DNA of 64,000 bases from contig CM106586.1 of assembly GCA_048013815.1 (NCBI GenBank), positions 23,312,001 to 23,376,000 on the forward strand, read 5' to 3'. Source of the DNA: Setoptus koraiensis. Its lineage: Eukaryota > Animalia > Arthropoda. The notes under the pieces were generated by a model that was given only the letters and a program-made list of their open reading frames with translations, searched no databases and had not been told where the DNA came from. Positions 12,936-24,243 of the stretch are shown here, piece after piece. Both the position numbers and the translations under genes were made by a program. Positions within the stretch are counted from its first letter, which is position 1. Each line of letters opens with the position of its first letter.

Positions 12936-13435
12936 NNNNNNNNNNNNNNNNNNNNNNNNNNNNNNNNNNNNNNNNNNNNNNNNNNNNNNNNNNNNNNNNN
13001 NNNNNNNNNNNNNNNNNNNNNNNNNNNNNNNNNNNNNNNNNNNNNNNNNNNNNNNNNNNNNNNNNNNNNNNNNNNNNNNNNNNNNNNNNNNNNNNNNNNN
13101 NNNNNNNNNNNNNNNNNNNNNNNNNNNNNNNNNNNNNNNNNNNNNNNNNNNNNNNNNNNNNNNNNNNNNNNNNNNNNNNNNNNNNNNNNNNNNNNNNNNN
13201 NNNNNNNNNNNNNNNNNNNNNNNNNNNNNNNNNNNNNNNNNNNNNNNNNNNNNNNNNNNNNNNNNNNNNNNNNNNNNNNNNNNNNNNNNNNNNNNNNNNN
13301 NNNNNNNNNNNNNNNNNNNNNNNNNNNNNNNNNNNNNNNNNNNNNNNNNNNNNNNNNNNNNNNNNNNNNNNNNNNNNNNNNNNNNNNNNNNNNNNNNNNN
13401 NNNNNNNNNNNNNNNNNNNNNNNNNNNNNNNNNNN
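12936..13435. other. Assembly gap (500 N)
   Basis: Run of N. Confidence 1.
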
Positions 13436-14651
13436 TTTAAACGTCGGCTTTTTATGTTTTTACCGATCGAAACTAATGACCATGGGCGAGGTGAGCAGAT
13501 AGAAAGTATTTTTCATCGTAGTACACTTCATATAATGAGCCTTTTTATTTATTTCGTTCATAGATATGCGATATCACGCCCCGTCTAACGCGTCTTCTAT
13601 CCTATCTAAGTCTCTAATATATTCTATGATACTCCAACAAGTGTACGTAATATGATTTAGACTGTATGTGAAATATACTGCATACGAAATGTACTTCGAT
13701 AAAAAGTACATTCTATGAAATTCACGTCGATGAAAACACCATGTCCTGCGATGGCTTAACTCCCGGCTCTTAGATTACGAGAGGAGGTGTGAACCACTCT
13801 TAAGCGGAATCTTAAGTCTGCTCTGAATGTATGGCAATCGAGCACGAAAACAAGATCTTGCCTCGAATTTCGTCTTTTCATCCACCGAATGATATACATT
13901 AATCAATATAAGTTGACGCCCCACACTACCATCCAGAGCCAACCCGGCCATGATAAGTAATGAATAGTAATAATAATTAATATAATTCTTATATAGGCTC
14001 GCCACGCTCGATATAAACATCAAGGCCAGCTCGTCAAGGTGTTTGGCAAGCTAGCTGTCTCTTGGCTCATCTAGTGGCGAGCCATTTGATGGCTGGATGC
14101 CACTAATGGCCAACTAGGCACCGCTACATCAAACACTAATTTACAAAAAACGCAACGGATGATTGCAGGATCTCAAGTCCATTGTTGATCTGTTGACCAA
14201 TACAACATTTTTCCGCCTAAAATGGCAAGAATTGTACAGTCCCACCTTGAGCCAGTTCCTCTGTGAAAGATTGCGCCACGGCATGTCTGAGGTACGCTTA
14301 TCAGTTTTTGTTTGAGAATTATAGACAACTTTGAATGGATGTGATCGTGCACAAATCATTTGTTGACATCTCCGGATGTGAACTCATTTTTATGGAACCT
14401 TTCTTTTCAACTGCATCTTTCATAATGCTTGATTTGTCTATTCATGATCGATAATCATCTTTCACTTCACTTCTTCACTTCTTGCAGTTGATTGAAAGCG
14501 TGTAATGAGCATTTTATCTTGTTTCCATTCACGTAAGCTGAACAATGTTGCAAGCCGGGAGTCGAGATTTTTCTAGAGTGGGATCCTCATAATTGATTCA
14601 CTCATCTGAGCTACACCGAGTGCTTTTTTACAGGTTTTTTTTGCATTTTAT

Positions 14652-15007
14652 TTAGAGTGGGGGGTCTTTATTTTTCGTCCATTGTGGATTTTAGCGTGGT
14701 TCATTCCAAAAAATTTAAACCATTGGATTTTATTTGGACGAAATGATTCATTCATTTTTCTTATTCTTTTTCTGATTAAACCATGGTCTAAATGGTTTTT
14801 ATTGCTAATAAAAGCCATATAATCCATAATTTCTGAGTAAAAGTCATTTCAATAAAGCCAAGAAATATTAAAAATCATTTCGTCCAAAAAGTGCCTATTT
14901 TAATCATGGTTTAAACCGAAAATGGTCTATATTCATAAAAGCCTAAAACGATTTGATCATCGCCCTTGGTTTAATTCATGATTTTAATGTAAAGACCCCC
15001 ACTCTAA
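14652..15007. mobile_element. MITE-like element (356 bp) with TIR TTAGAGTGGGGG(G)TCTTTA and flanking TTTTAT direct repeat
   Basis: 14652 ttagagtggggggtcttta pairs with 14990-15007 taaagacccccactctaa. There is an internal inverted pair tttggacgaaatgatt / aatcatttcgtccaaa. TTTTAT lies at 14646-14651 and 15008-15013. Confidence 0.6.
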
Positions 15008-15925
15008 TTTTATTCTTTCTCGAGACCCTGCCGAGCGGGACCGGAAGTTTGATTGACGGACAACAACGAGATCCCGGAAAAACACATTTTCGGGATTTTC
15101 GCAGTGAAGGGGGCAAGTTGACCGAAAGTGGGGGCGGTCAGGGTAATCATCTGGTGGACCACTGTCGGACGAAAAAACAACTATGTCTCTAAACTCACAA
15201 GGTAACCTGTTTTTTGAAATTTTAGCCCAAAAATGCAACACCCTCTTAGCGAAGCTTCGACTAAAATGCTGCACTGTCATAAAAGCCTGCCTCCTAAAAC
15301 TGCCACTGCATTTGTGCATCAAGTACATTTTCACTCGTTGATGATAAAACAAGCGAGGTTATTATTTTGTGAATTTCGAACAAATTCAGAGAAAAAAGCG
15401 GCCATTCATTCAATCGTTGCATCAAATCCATTCTTTTTCCGTTGTTTACTTGGCGAAACGGTGACCTGATAATGATGATGCATAAGCAACTTAAATGGTT
15501 CAAACAATTTTTCCACTAGAGTAACTAAATCACCAATAACCAATCACTAATGGCGTCAGCAGTTGAGAATTCTTTCCGTGGAGCCCTTTACGTTTACTCT
15601 ACTGAAGTCAGAACCGATCGTGCCAGAGACGGTCCATGTAATTCTCGAATAATCTGCAATCTCAACAACTCTGCCATTTGTTTGCAATAAACTAACTCAA
15701 AACTGATTTGGAAGTAGTTTCGACACGTTACTGATAGCCGAACAAGATGTATTCCATCAAGACCTTTGATTGGTCAATCGATTGACTATATGTATCACCA
15801 CGAGGCCTTAGTTCTCAACGAGAAATACTACATGTGAGTCACAGAGGTCTAGGAATACGAGATTTTTTCGCCGATACCACTGACCTTTATAATGCAGGTG
15901 GACTGATAGTAGGATCATTCTATGT

Positions 15926-17299
15926 TTATCTTCTCGGGGCGTTTGGAGGGGATTTGAAATACAAGACGAGGAAATAGCACAGTATCGCAAACAACACTAA
16001 CAAAATAATGGCGAGAGTAATAATCACCCATTTGTATCGCCTCTTTCTCTGTGGGTATTGAGCGACCTCGCTACATGCGAGGTTCTCAAATTCAGTTTTG
16101 TCCATTTCCTGAAAACTTTTGCCGCTGTGATAGCATGAAGCCTTGATGTTTCTGAAACTTTCTTGGTCCTTGAGAGCTTCGCAAACGTGTGAGTAGTAGC
16201 AATCAACTTGATTGGAACCATCCTCATCACTTTCATGAACGATTGTTATACCTTCACTAACCATCTGGCCCAAATCGCCCGAATGACTTTTCTCGTAACT
16301 GTTGATATCTATGGAAATCTTTAGACTTCCGTTGTTCTTCAAGTAGGAGTAAAAGTCTTCATGGAGTGCACGTTTTATGCTGCCGGTTATGTCGAGATCC
16401 TTGAACGCAATACTAATTTCTGCCGAGGTAAAATTCCCATGCTCGTAGAATTTCTGTTCAAGTGCAAGTGATCTTGGTTTTAAATCCAAGGCGGCAAATT
16501 GATTTTGATTCGATGTTCTCAGCGTGATTGTTTTAATTTTACCAAACTCCGGAACGACGATTATGGAAGAATAAGTCAAAGTTAAGTTTTCAAAACTATA
16601 GATCTGATTCATCAACTTACGGTTGAGAGACATTATGTTGAGATTTTTTTTGGCTATTTTTTTCGCATCTTCCGGCAAATGAGCACTGAAAAAAGTGAAA
16701 TCTCCAGATATATAATGTGAGAAATTAACTATCGTAATATTGATAAATAATGACCCGAAAAATTCATTGTCAGTTATATCTTCATGGAAACTCACATTTT
16801 TGAAAGTAAGATTCTTTATTCTTACTCCTTCGTACTGTTTGTAGCCTTTGAAAGTGCTTCGACTGGGATTATCTGGACCCTCAATCGTTACCTCCTCGAA
16901 AGTTATATTCTTATTATCAAAATAAATTGAGTCGTTCAATATCTTATCCAATTTGAATTGCAGATTAACTTTCAAGCTTTGATTTGCATTCTGTTTCTCT
17001 TCAATGTACAGTGAACAGTTAGTAGTAGAATCGCTGTTACCGTAGGAAGTCTTACATTGAACATCCAATTGATTGTCATTAGTATCTAAGGAGCAGATAG
17101 TATCCGCACCGAATTTACATTGCTCAGCGGATCTGGGTTTGCTCTGATATGGAGATGACTGATTGCTTAAAATCCGCACTTGTGTCTCCGAAACTTGTTG
17201 TATTGCACAATAAATTGTACCAGCTAATAGCCCAACTATAAATACAAAACCAAAGAATAAATGACCATGGCTCGTGTGATTTTGGACACGAAACATCAT
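15926..17299 (-). CDS. Orphan type I membrane protein with Cys caps and degenerate LRR-like ectodomain, paralog A (457 aa)
   Basis: N-terminal hydrophobic segment, N-cap C-x7-C-x12-C-x12-C, C-cap C-x5-C-x15-C-x19-C, TM WVIITLAIILLVLFAILCYFLVLYF and a 9 aa tail. Intronless. Confidence 0.85.
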   Translation of the reverse strand: MMFRVQNHTSHGHLFFGFVFIVGLLAGTIYCAIQQVSETQVRILSNQSSPYQSKPRSAEQCKFGADTICSLDTNDNQLDVQCKTSYGNSDSTTNCSLYIEEKQNANQSLKVNLQFKLDKILNDSIYFDNKNITFEEVTIEGPDNPSRSTFKGYKQYEGVRIKNLTFKNVSFHEDITDNEFFGSLFINITIVNFSHYISGDFTFFSAHLPEDAKKIAKKNLNIMSLNRKLMNQIYSFENLTLTYSSIIVVPEFGKIKTITLRTSNQNQFAALDLKPRSLALEQKFYEHGNFTSAEISIAFKDLDITGSIKRALHEDFYSYLKNNGSLKISIDINSYEKSHSGDLGQMVSEGITIVHESDEDGSNQVDCYYSHVCEALKDQESFRNIKASCYHSGKSFQEMDKTEFENLACSEVAQYPQRKRRYKWVIITLAIILLVLFAILCYFLVLYFKSPPNAPRR

Positions 17300-17427
17300 G
17301 GAATAGATGTTGGTTGAACAATCGAATTTTGAGTGTCGTTAAGAAAACTGGTATAATTAATTTGAGTGAAAGAGATTATAATTGTTATGCACTCATTTAG
17401 AAATGAGTATGTTGTATGTAAAAGTCA

Positions 17428-17440
17428 GCTCGTCACGAGC
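17428..17440. promoter_or_regulatory. Candidate palindromic cis-element GCTCGT-N-ACGAGC upstream of paralog A; equivalents at 19601, 22539, 23040, 31615, 32123, 35634, 38920 and, degenerate, 50117
   Basis: 13-bp interrupted palindrome about 130-160 bp 5' of the conserved start codon in all paralogs. Function is inferred only from conservation. Confidence 0.45.
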
Positions 17441-17953
17441 CCGAAAATGTATTATGCAGAAGATTTGTTGGAAGAAGTAAGGAATGTGTGTCTCGTGATC
17501 CTAATTTCTTAGTCTTTGCATTATCACCTGCAACACTGATATTGGATCGAGAATCTATACAAAAACATTCGATGCAGTGAAAATCGTGTATCACTAAATC
17601 AATGCATTCGTATATAGTCATCCATAGCAACAACGGTTAATACCCAATGATGAGGTCGTTAGATTCTGTGATCGCGGGAGGTCGGAGCTTGAGGATGAAT
17701 TTTCTCGTACCTCCGACCAACCTATATATAGGTTCATAATTCCCAGCCTCCCCTTCCTGTAACCTCCAGGTAGATCTAGGTAGGGGGCAGTCAAAATCCA
17801 GGCAGCGAAAGAAAACTTATCAACTAATGTGTCAAATGGCTGCAGTTTGTTTGTCGTCGGAGGGAAAGAGTAATGACAGTGATTACATGAATTTTATTAT
17901 TTCACTTGCGCTTGAATACGGCACAAATAAAGAATTCAACATTTGCAACATTT

Positions 17954-19465
17954 TTAATTCCTAAATGTTTTTTGAGTTGATATCGACGATATTCTTGAAG
18001 TACGCGAGATGGAAACCGGAATTCGTTGCGACTTTGCTTCTTTAACCTTTGCTCCTTTGATCTGTGCTCCCTTGACGTTTGCTCCTTTGACCTTTGCGTC
18101 CTTCTTGATAACTTTAGCATAGAGAATGTAGCCAAGGATAGCGAACAGCAATAGCAGAGCTACGGCAAGGGCGAGAAACGACAATTGCGATCTACTTGGA
18201 TTGATCGTTGTTTTGGGAGGTCCGGGCTCCTCAGTAGTCGGTTCCCGAGAATCTGGCGTAGAACTTGGGCCACGCTCGGGTTGTCTAGTGACCTCCGTAC
18301 ACGCGAGAGCCTCAAATTCTTTTATGTCCGTCTCTCGAAAACTCTTGCCACTGTGATAACATGTAGCCCAGATCTTTCTGAAACCTTTTTGTATCTTGAG
18401 AGCTTCGCAAACGTGTGAGTATTCGCAATCAACTTGATTGGAATCATCCTCATCACTTTCATGGATAATTATTATACCTTTATCAGTCATCCGACCCAGT
18501 TCTTCCGGATTACTCTTCTCGTACTTGTTAATATCTAGCGAAATCTCCAAGACCCCCTTTTTGTGTTTAACATGTTTTCTAACAATCGCTGACTCTATAC
18601 TGCCTGTTATGACGAGGCCCTTGAATGTACAATGAACTTTTGAAGGAACATCTGTAGGTCCGATAATTTGGCTCAGATCAATCACAATAACGTTGCTGCT
18701 CAATTCCAAAGTAGCAGGTTTGCCTGGATTCAATGTCCTAAACGTTAGCGATTTTTGCGTTACATAAGTGTTTGGATAAACACGTAGAATCTCTTGCAGA
18801 ACCAAATTCTCAAAGTAATAGGTCTGGCTCTCCAAGTAATAGTTGCCGGATATCTTGGATAGAGATCTTGCGACATTCTGATTATTTTGTCCGGAGATAT
18901 AATATGAAACAGCATATATTTCAATCGCATCGCTCACACCGGATATATAATCATATACGATCACATTCCTTAGCGTAAGATTCTTTATTTTTATGTCGCT
19001 GTAATTTACGTAGCCGCTAAATGTGCTGCTACTCGGATTATCTGGACCCACGATCGTGACTTCATCGAAAGATATAGATCTACTATCAAAATCCAGTAGA
19101 CCAGCTGATTCTCTGTCTAACTTGATCAGTAGATTGACTTTAAAGTTTGGATTTTCTTTCTGTCCCTGCTCAATTATTGTGGGACAGGAAAGATTGATGT
19201 TTGCCTTCGATGTTTCACACTTAACATCTATTTGATTGCCGTCTGTATTATAAGAGCAGTTAAAACCCTTGTGGAGAATACATTGCACCGTCAGCCCTTT
19301 ATTGGGTTGAGGATCTCGTTGAGCTGATCGATTCCCTGCATGGGACACTCGTATGTTCAAATCTTTCTGAACCGTACCAAAAATTGTGCATGCTACTAGG
19401 CCAGCTATAAATAAAAAACCAAGGACTGAGTGACCGTAAGTCATGTGATTTTCGGCACGAAACAT
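17954..19465 (-). CDS. Orphan type I membrane protein, paralog B (503 aa); Pro/Thr stalk and Lys-Gly-Ala repeat tail
   Basis: Same Cys caps (NQVDCEYSHVCEALK…CYHSGKSF…C), TM LSFLALAVALLLLFAILGYILYA, and a conserved MFR.. start. Confidence 0.85.
   Translation of the reverse strand: MFRAENHMTYGHSVLGFLFIAGLVACTIFGTVQKDLNIRVSHAGNRSAQRDPQPNKGLTVQCILHKGFNCSYNTDGNQIDVKCETSKANINLSCPTIIEQGQKENPNFKVNLLIKLDRESAGLLDFDSRSISFDEVTIVGPDNPSSSTFSGYVNYSDIKIKNLTLRNVIVYDYISGVSDAIEIYAVSYYISGQNNQNVARSLSKISGNYYLESQTYYFENLVLQEILRVYPNTYVTQKSLTFRTLNPGKPATLELSSNVIVIDLSQIIGPTDVPSKVHCTFKGLVITGSIESAIVRKHVKHKKGVLEISLDINKYEKSNPEELGRMTDKGIIIIHESDEDDSNQVDCEYSHVCEALKIQKGFRKIWATCYHSGKSFRETDIKEFEALACTEVTRQPERGPSSTPDSREPTTEEPGPPKTTINPSRSQLSFLALAVALLLLFAILGYILYAKVIKKDAKVKGANVKGAQIKGAKVKEAKSQRIPVSISRTSRISSISTQKTFRN
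18030..18104 (-). repeat. 15-bp coding minisatellite, 5 units, encoding KDAKV-KGANV-KGAQI-KGAKV-KEAKS in the tail of paralog B
   Basis: Units such as acctttgctcctttg on the + strand. Confidence 0.85.
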
Positions 19466-20224
19466 CTTGGGATAATTGTTCGTTGAGCAGCAGAGAAGTG
19501 ATCATCGTTGATAATAATGGTATGATTTATTTGAGTCAGTGCGATCATGATTGTTATGCACTCATGTAGAAACTAGATATATTATGCAAAGGTCGCTGAT
19601 GCTCGTGACGAGCCAGAAAATATGTTGGGCAGGCGATCATTTAGAGAAAGTTGGAGGCTCATGTCTCGTGATGCTTGCTGCTTTGTCTTTGCGTTATCTT
19701 CTGGAACTATCAAACTTGATTAAGAGATTCAAGATGCGAAACGCAAACATTCGATCCAGATAGCATCGTGTATCACTGAAACAATGTACCGGTATTTTTT
19801 TATAATCGTTAGCCATCCGCCTCAACTGCGGTCAATAATGCTTTATGATGAGGTCGGAAGATCCTGTGATCGCGGGAGGTCTGAGCTTGGAGACAAATTT
19901 TCTCGTACCTCCGACCTACTCTATATAGGTTGAGACTCCTTGACTCTCCATTCCAGTAACCTCCACGTCGATCTAGGTTGGGGTAGTCGAAATCCTGGCA
20001 GGGGAGGAAAAGTATCAACTAATGTGGCAAATTAGCTGCAGTTTGTTTGTCGTCGAAGCGATAGGGTAATGACAGTGATTACATGAATGTTATTATTTTA
20101 CTTGCGCTTGAATACGACACAAATAAGTAAGTCATAGGCTGAAACATGTCCGTGCTGCAATGACCTGGCTCAGGAATCGGCGCGTATCTGACCTGTTCGT
20201 TGTGTAACCAATCTATCGGAGCTC

Positions 20225-20460
20225 ACATAGTGGTCAACTCGAAAAATTGATCTGCCTTGCGATCGACCATAGCAATGGCCTCGTCTAAAATCGATATTCT
20301 TCATCCTGCAGCACCGGCTCGAGCAAAAGAAATAAATCGACGTTGAACGACACCGAAATTGGCATTCAACGGGACCGACAAAGATTGCAACAGGCTTCTA
20401 TTATCTAGAGGTTTTCATCGAAGGTTGCAAGAAGCATTTCGCATCGTCCAAGCTAACCCG
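20225..20460 (-). pseudogene. Highly decayed ABCC NBD2 relic 1
   Basis: 20311-20360 translates as NFGVVQRRFISFARAG versus NFSVGQRQLICLARAI in the intact ABCC. The adjacent tcgtctaaaatc..tattct matches the ILILDE (Walker B) codons. Confidence 0.6.
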
Positions 20461-20996
20461 GTTAGAGGAATGAGATCACCGAGTGTCCCGATGAGAAAGT
20501 TCAGAGAAGGTGTGTGAATTATAAATCAAGAATAGAGAATTGGTAGCTCAATCAAGGAAAAAGGTTTTATTGCTGGCACAGTGAACTCCTTGCACGGAAG
20601 AAACCTTTGTGTTATGCATCTGAGTTTGCGGACATGTATAAATATGCTCTTTTGTGGGTACAATATTTCTGGATGGGGCGCCGTTTTTCTTGCAATTGTG
20701 TGCCGATTTCGAGCGGATCGCTCTCATATTTTATGGCCAGGGCATGGGATTGAGTCCTAGGCACTATACTATTCCTCCTTGTTTCGAATCGCATCGGCTT
20801 CCAAGTATATTCACATATGTAGTTGGATAAAACTCCTAAACTCCTCAAGGATACAAAAGTGACCATCGCAGTGTTCTTGGTGCACTGTCGAGTGCCGAAT
20901 GCAATGGATTTTATCAACATTCTTGGTTGGCCACCTGTGTACATATATGTAATCGAGGAGCGTAGGTTCCAAACGAGAACAACCAATTGTGAGTTA

Positions 20997-22380
20997 TCAG
21001 CATCTAATACTAGGTGTTTTTTGCCATGATCTCAACGGTCTGTTTAAAGGGCCAGAATCGATAACTGAAACACGTTGTTTCTTTGCGTCTTGCACCGCGC
21101 CCTTTTTGATAACTTTAGCATAGAGAATGTAGCCAACGATAGTGAACAGCAATATCAGAGCCACGGCAATTGCGAGAAGTGACAATAGTAATCTACTTAG
21201 CTTAATCGACGTCCCGGGTTGTTTCGTGACCTCCGTACACGTGAGAGCCTCAAATTCACTCTGGTTCATATCTCGAAAACTCTAGCCACTGTGATAACAT
21301 GACGCTCTGATGTTTCTGAAACTTTCTTGTTTCTTGAGAGCTTCGCAAACGTGTGAGTATTCGCAATCAACTCGATTGGAATCATCCTCATCACTTTCAT
21401 GAATAATTATTATACCTCTATCAGGCATCTGACCCAGTTCTTTCGGATGATTCTTCTCGTACTTGTTAATGTCGAGGGAAATTTCCAAAATTCTTTGCGG
21501 AAGTATTCCTGTTCACCAGTAATTGCCAACTGTAGACTGCCTGTTATGACGAGGCCCTTGAACGCAAGACGTATCGTTGCTTTACTGAAGCCTAAAGCTG
21601 GATTTGGAGCAATGTTAAGAGTGTCTTTTCTTAATTCCACGGTTGCAAGTTTGTCTGGGTTCACTGTGCTTAACGTGAGCTTTTTATTCCTGACACTCCA
21701 TGAAAAAACATGTGATTGTCTTTTGGTGCTATCTAAAATCAAATCTTCGAAATAATAGGTCTGATTTGTAAGATATGGATTGTTGGATATCGCGGATACA
21801 GTTCTCACATGCCTCTCGCGTAATAGGAGGTCTCCTGCATTTTGTCCGGAGATCTAATATGAGACATCATCGATTCGAATCGACTCAAGTCCCGTTCCAC
21901 GGTCGGATAAATAATCATGTATGATCACATTTCTTAGCGTAAGTTTCTTTATTATAATAAATTTGTAATTTGCGTAGCCCATAAATGTGCCATCAGTAGG
22001 ATTATCTGGACCCTCAATCGTGACTTCTTCGAAAAATATACCTTGATTTCCAAAATCGATTGGAACATCCAATGGTCGGTTCAATTTGATTTGTAGATTA
22101 CATTTATCCCGGTTGGACCATTTTTGTAGCTGCTCGATTTCTCTCGGACACGAACGATAGTAATAAGGATCTCCCTTCACTGTTTCACATTTTACATCTA
22201 TTTGATTGTCATTTGTATCATAAGAGCAAATAATATCTGAGCCAAACATACACTGGCTCTTAGTTCGCGTTGAGATGATTGATTTTCTGCAAGAGACACT
22301 TGCTGTGTGGTACCAAAAATTGTGCATGTTGATATACTGACTACGAAAATAAAGCAAAAGACTGAGTGACCATAAGCCAT
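20997..22380 (-). pseudogene. Orphan membrane-protein paralog C, pseudogene
   Basis: 7-bp slippage deletion at ~22255 relative to paralog D, in-frame TAG at 21854-21856, frameshift at ~21490, and AAG-to-TAG at 21282-21284. Cys caps and TM are still recognisable. Confidence 0.85.
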
Positions 22381-22443
22381 TGCGATTTTTGACACGAAAC
22401 TTCTTGGAATAATTGTTCGCTGAGGACCAGAAAATCGAGTATC

Positions 22444-23450
22444 GTTGATAATAATTCTATACTCCAATTGAGTGAGTGAGATCATGATCGGTGAGCACTT
22501 TTGTAGAGACTACTATCTTTTATGTAAAGGGCAGTGATGCTCGTGACGAGCGCGAAAATATGCTTTGCAGACGATCATTTGGAGGAAATGAGTCGCGTGT
22601 GTCGCATCATGCTACATGTAACATGTTAATTTCTTTTTCGTTGCATTACACACGCTGTATCACCTGACAAATCTCTATCAGTATATGTGAAACAATTATA
22701 TCTGACAGAGAAATTAACAAGGAGATCATCAACGAGACAAAAACATCCGATCCAAAGAGAATCGTGTATATCGTGTATATCACTGAATCAATGTATTCGT
22801 TTATAGTTATCAGCAGTAATAGCGATTGTTGCTCAATACTGGGATCGTCAGATCCCATGATCGCGGAAGGTCGGGGCTTGGAAATAAAATTTCCTCTTAC
22901 ATCCCACCGACGCCCTTTATTTTAGACTTTCAACCCTTCCCTCCCGTTGATAATAGTTCTATACTCCAATTGAGTGAGTGAGATTATGATCGTTGAGCAC
23001 TCATGTAGAGACTATATCTTTTATGTAAAGGCCAGTGATGCTCGTGACGAGCCCGAAAATATGTTTTGCAGACGATCATTTAGAGAAAGTGAGTCGCGTG
23101 TGTCGCATCATGCTACATGTAACATGTTAATTTCTTCTTCGTTGCATTACACACGCTGTATCACCTGACAAATCTCTATCAGTATACAGTGTATGTGAAA
23201 CAATTATATCTGACAGAGAAATTAACAAGGAGATCATCAACGAGACAAAAACATCCGATCCAAAAAGAATCGTGTTTATCGTGTATATCACTGAATCAAT
23301 GTATTCGTTTATAGTTATCCGCAGCAATAACGATTGATGCTCAATACTGGGATCGTCAGATCCCATGATCGCGGAAGGTCGGGGCTTGGAAATAAAATTT
23401 CCTCTTACATCCCACCGACGCCCCTTATTTTGGACTTTCGAGCCTTCCCT
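22444..23450. repeat. ~503 bp tandem duplication of the upstream region of paralog C
   Basis: gttgataata.ttctatactccaattgagtgagtgag recurs at 22444 and 22947, and both units continue in near identity. Confidence 0.9.
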
Positions 23451-23958
23451 CCCACTTACATCTCTGTCGGGAGAGAGGTCTAATCCTGGTAGCAAAAATA
23501 CATGTAGATGCATCAAATGAAATATCCGATGTTTTCTGCCCTGACACTAGAAAGTATCAATAAAGAGCCTCTTCGAATCAATCATTTGTTAAACAATTTT
23601 ATCTAGCTACTGTGACACCAAATAAAACGAATAGATCCGAGAGGCCGTGATCATTCGTGTGAGCGATCGTGTGTCATACGCTTCATAACAAAACACACGA
23701 TGGTATTATTTCTAGTTAGTTGGCTTCATGCCAGTTATTTTCGTCGTGATGTTATTTATAGAACATACATTCTAAAAGTTCTGACATCCTTGGCCGATCG
23801 TATCGGTTAGCAGTCGTTGTTTTCGATTGCGCCACATACATTAAAATTTTACAGTGTAAGATTTTTAGCGAGACGCCTCCAAGAGATTATTGATTGAGCA
23901 CAGTTTTATGTGAACATTTCCCATAGATAGATTGGAAAATCAAATACCTGGATCAAAA

Positions 23959-24243
23959 ATGCCACAAATGAAGCCAGTTGCTCTAGCAACTATCTTATGC
24001 ATTGTATTGTTTGATTTGGTCTTAGCTGGTGCCTATTACGAGATAAATGATGAAGTCTGTTCAAATATCAAATTGTGGAATGATATTGACAATAATAACA
24101 ATTCTGATCAATGTCTGGATTGTTGCAGAAAGAATGATTACCAGTCTGTGGTAACCCTGCCTTACCAGAGTCATGACGGTATTCTTGAACCTCCACCAAC
24201 ATCATGTGTGTGCAAAAGACTAAAAAGACTAATCAGATACTAA
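23959..24243 (+). CDS. Small secreted 6-Cys peptide (~94 aa precursor), pattern C-x17-C-x2-CC-x26-C-x-C
   Basis: ATG at 23959, signal peptide MPQMKPVALATILCIVLFDLVLAG, six Cys in the mature part, basic tail KRLKRLIRY, and AATAAA at ~24286. Confidence 0.7.
   Translation: MPQMKPVALATILCIVLFDLVLAGAYYEINDEVCSNIKLWNDIDNNNNSDQCLDCCRKNDYQSVVTLPYQSHDGILEPPPTSCVCKRLKRLIRY

Noticed and set aside
12826-13588. ORFs running through the N gap
   Set aside because: They are artefacts of translating Ns, antisense to protease copy 3.
17680-17718. GGTCGGAG/CTCCGACC hairpin upstream of paralog A as a conserved RNA structure
   Set aside because: Homologous positions at ~19880 and ~32395 carry non-compensated mismatches, so pairing is not conserved.
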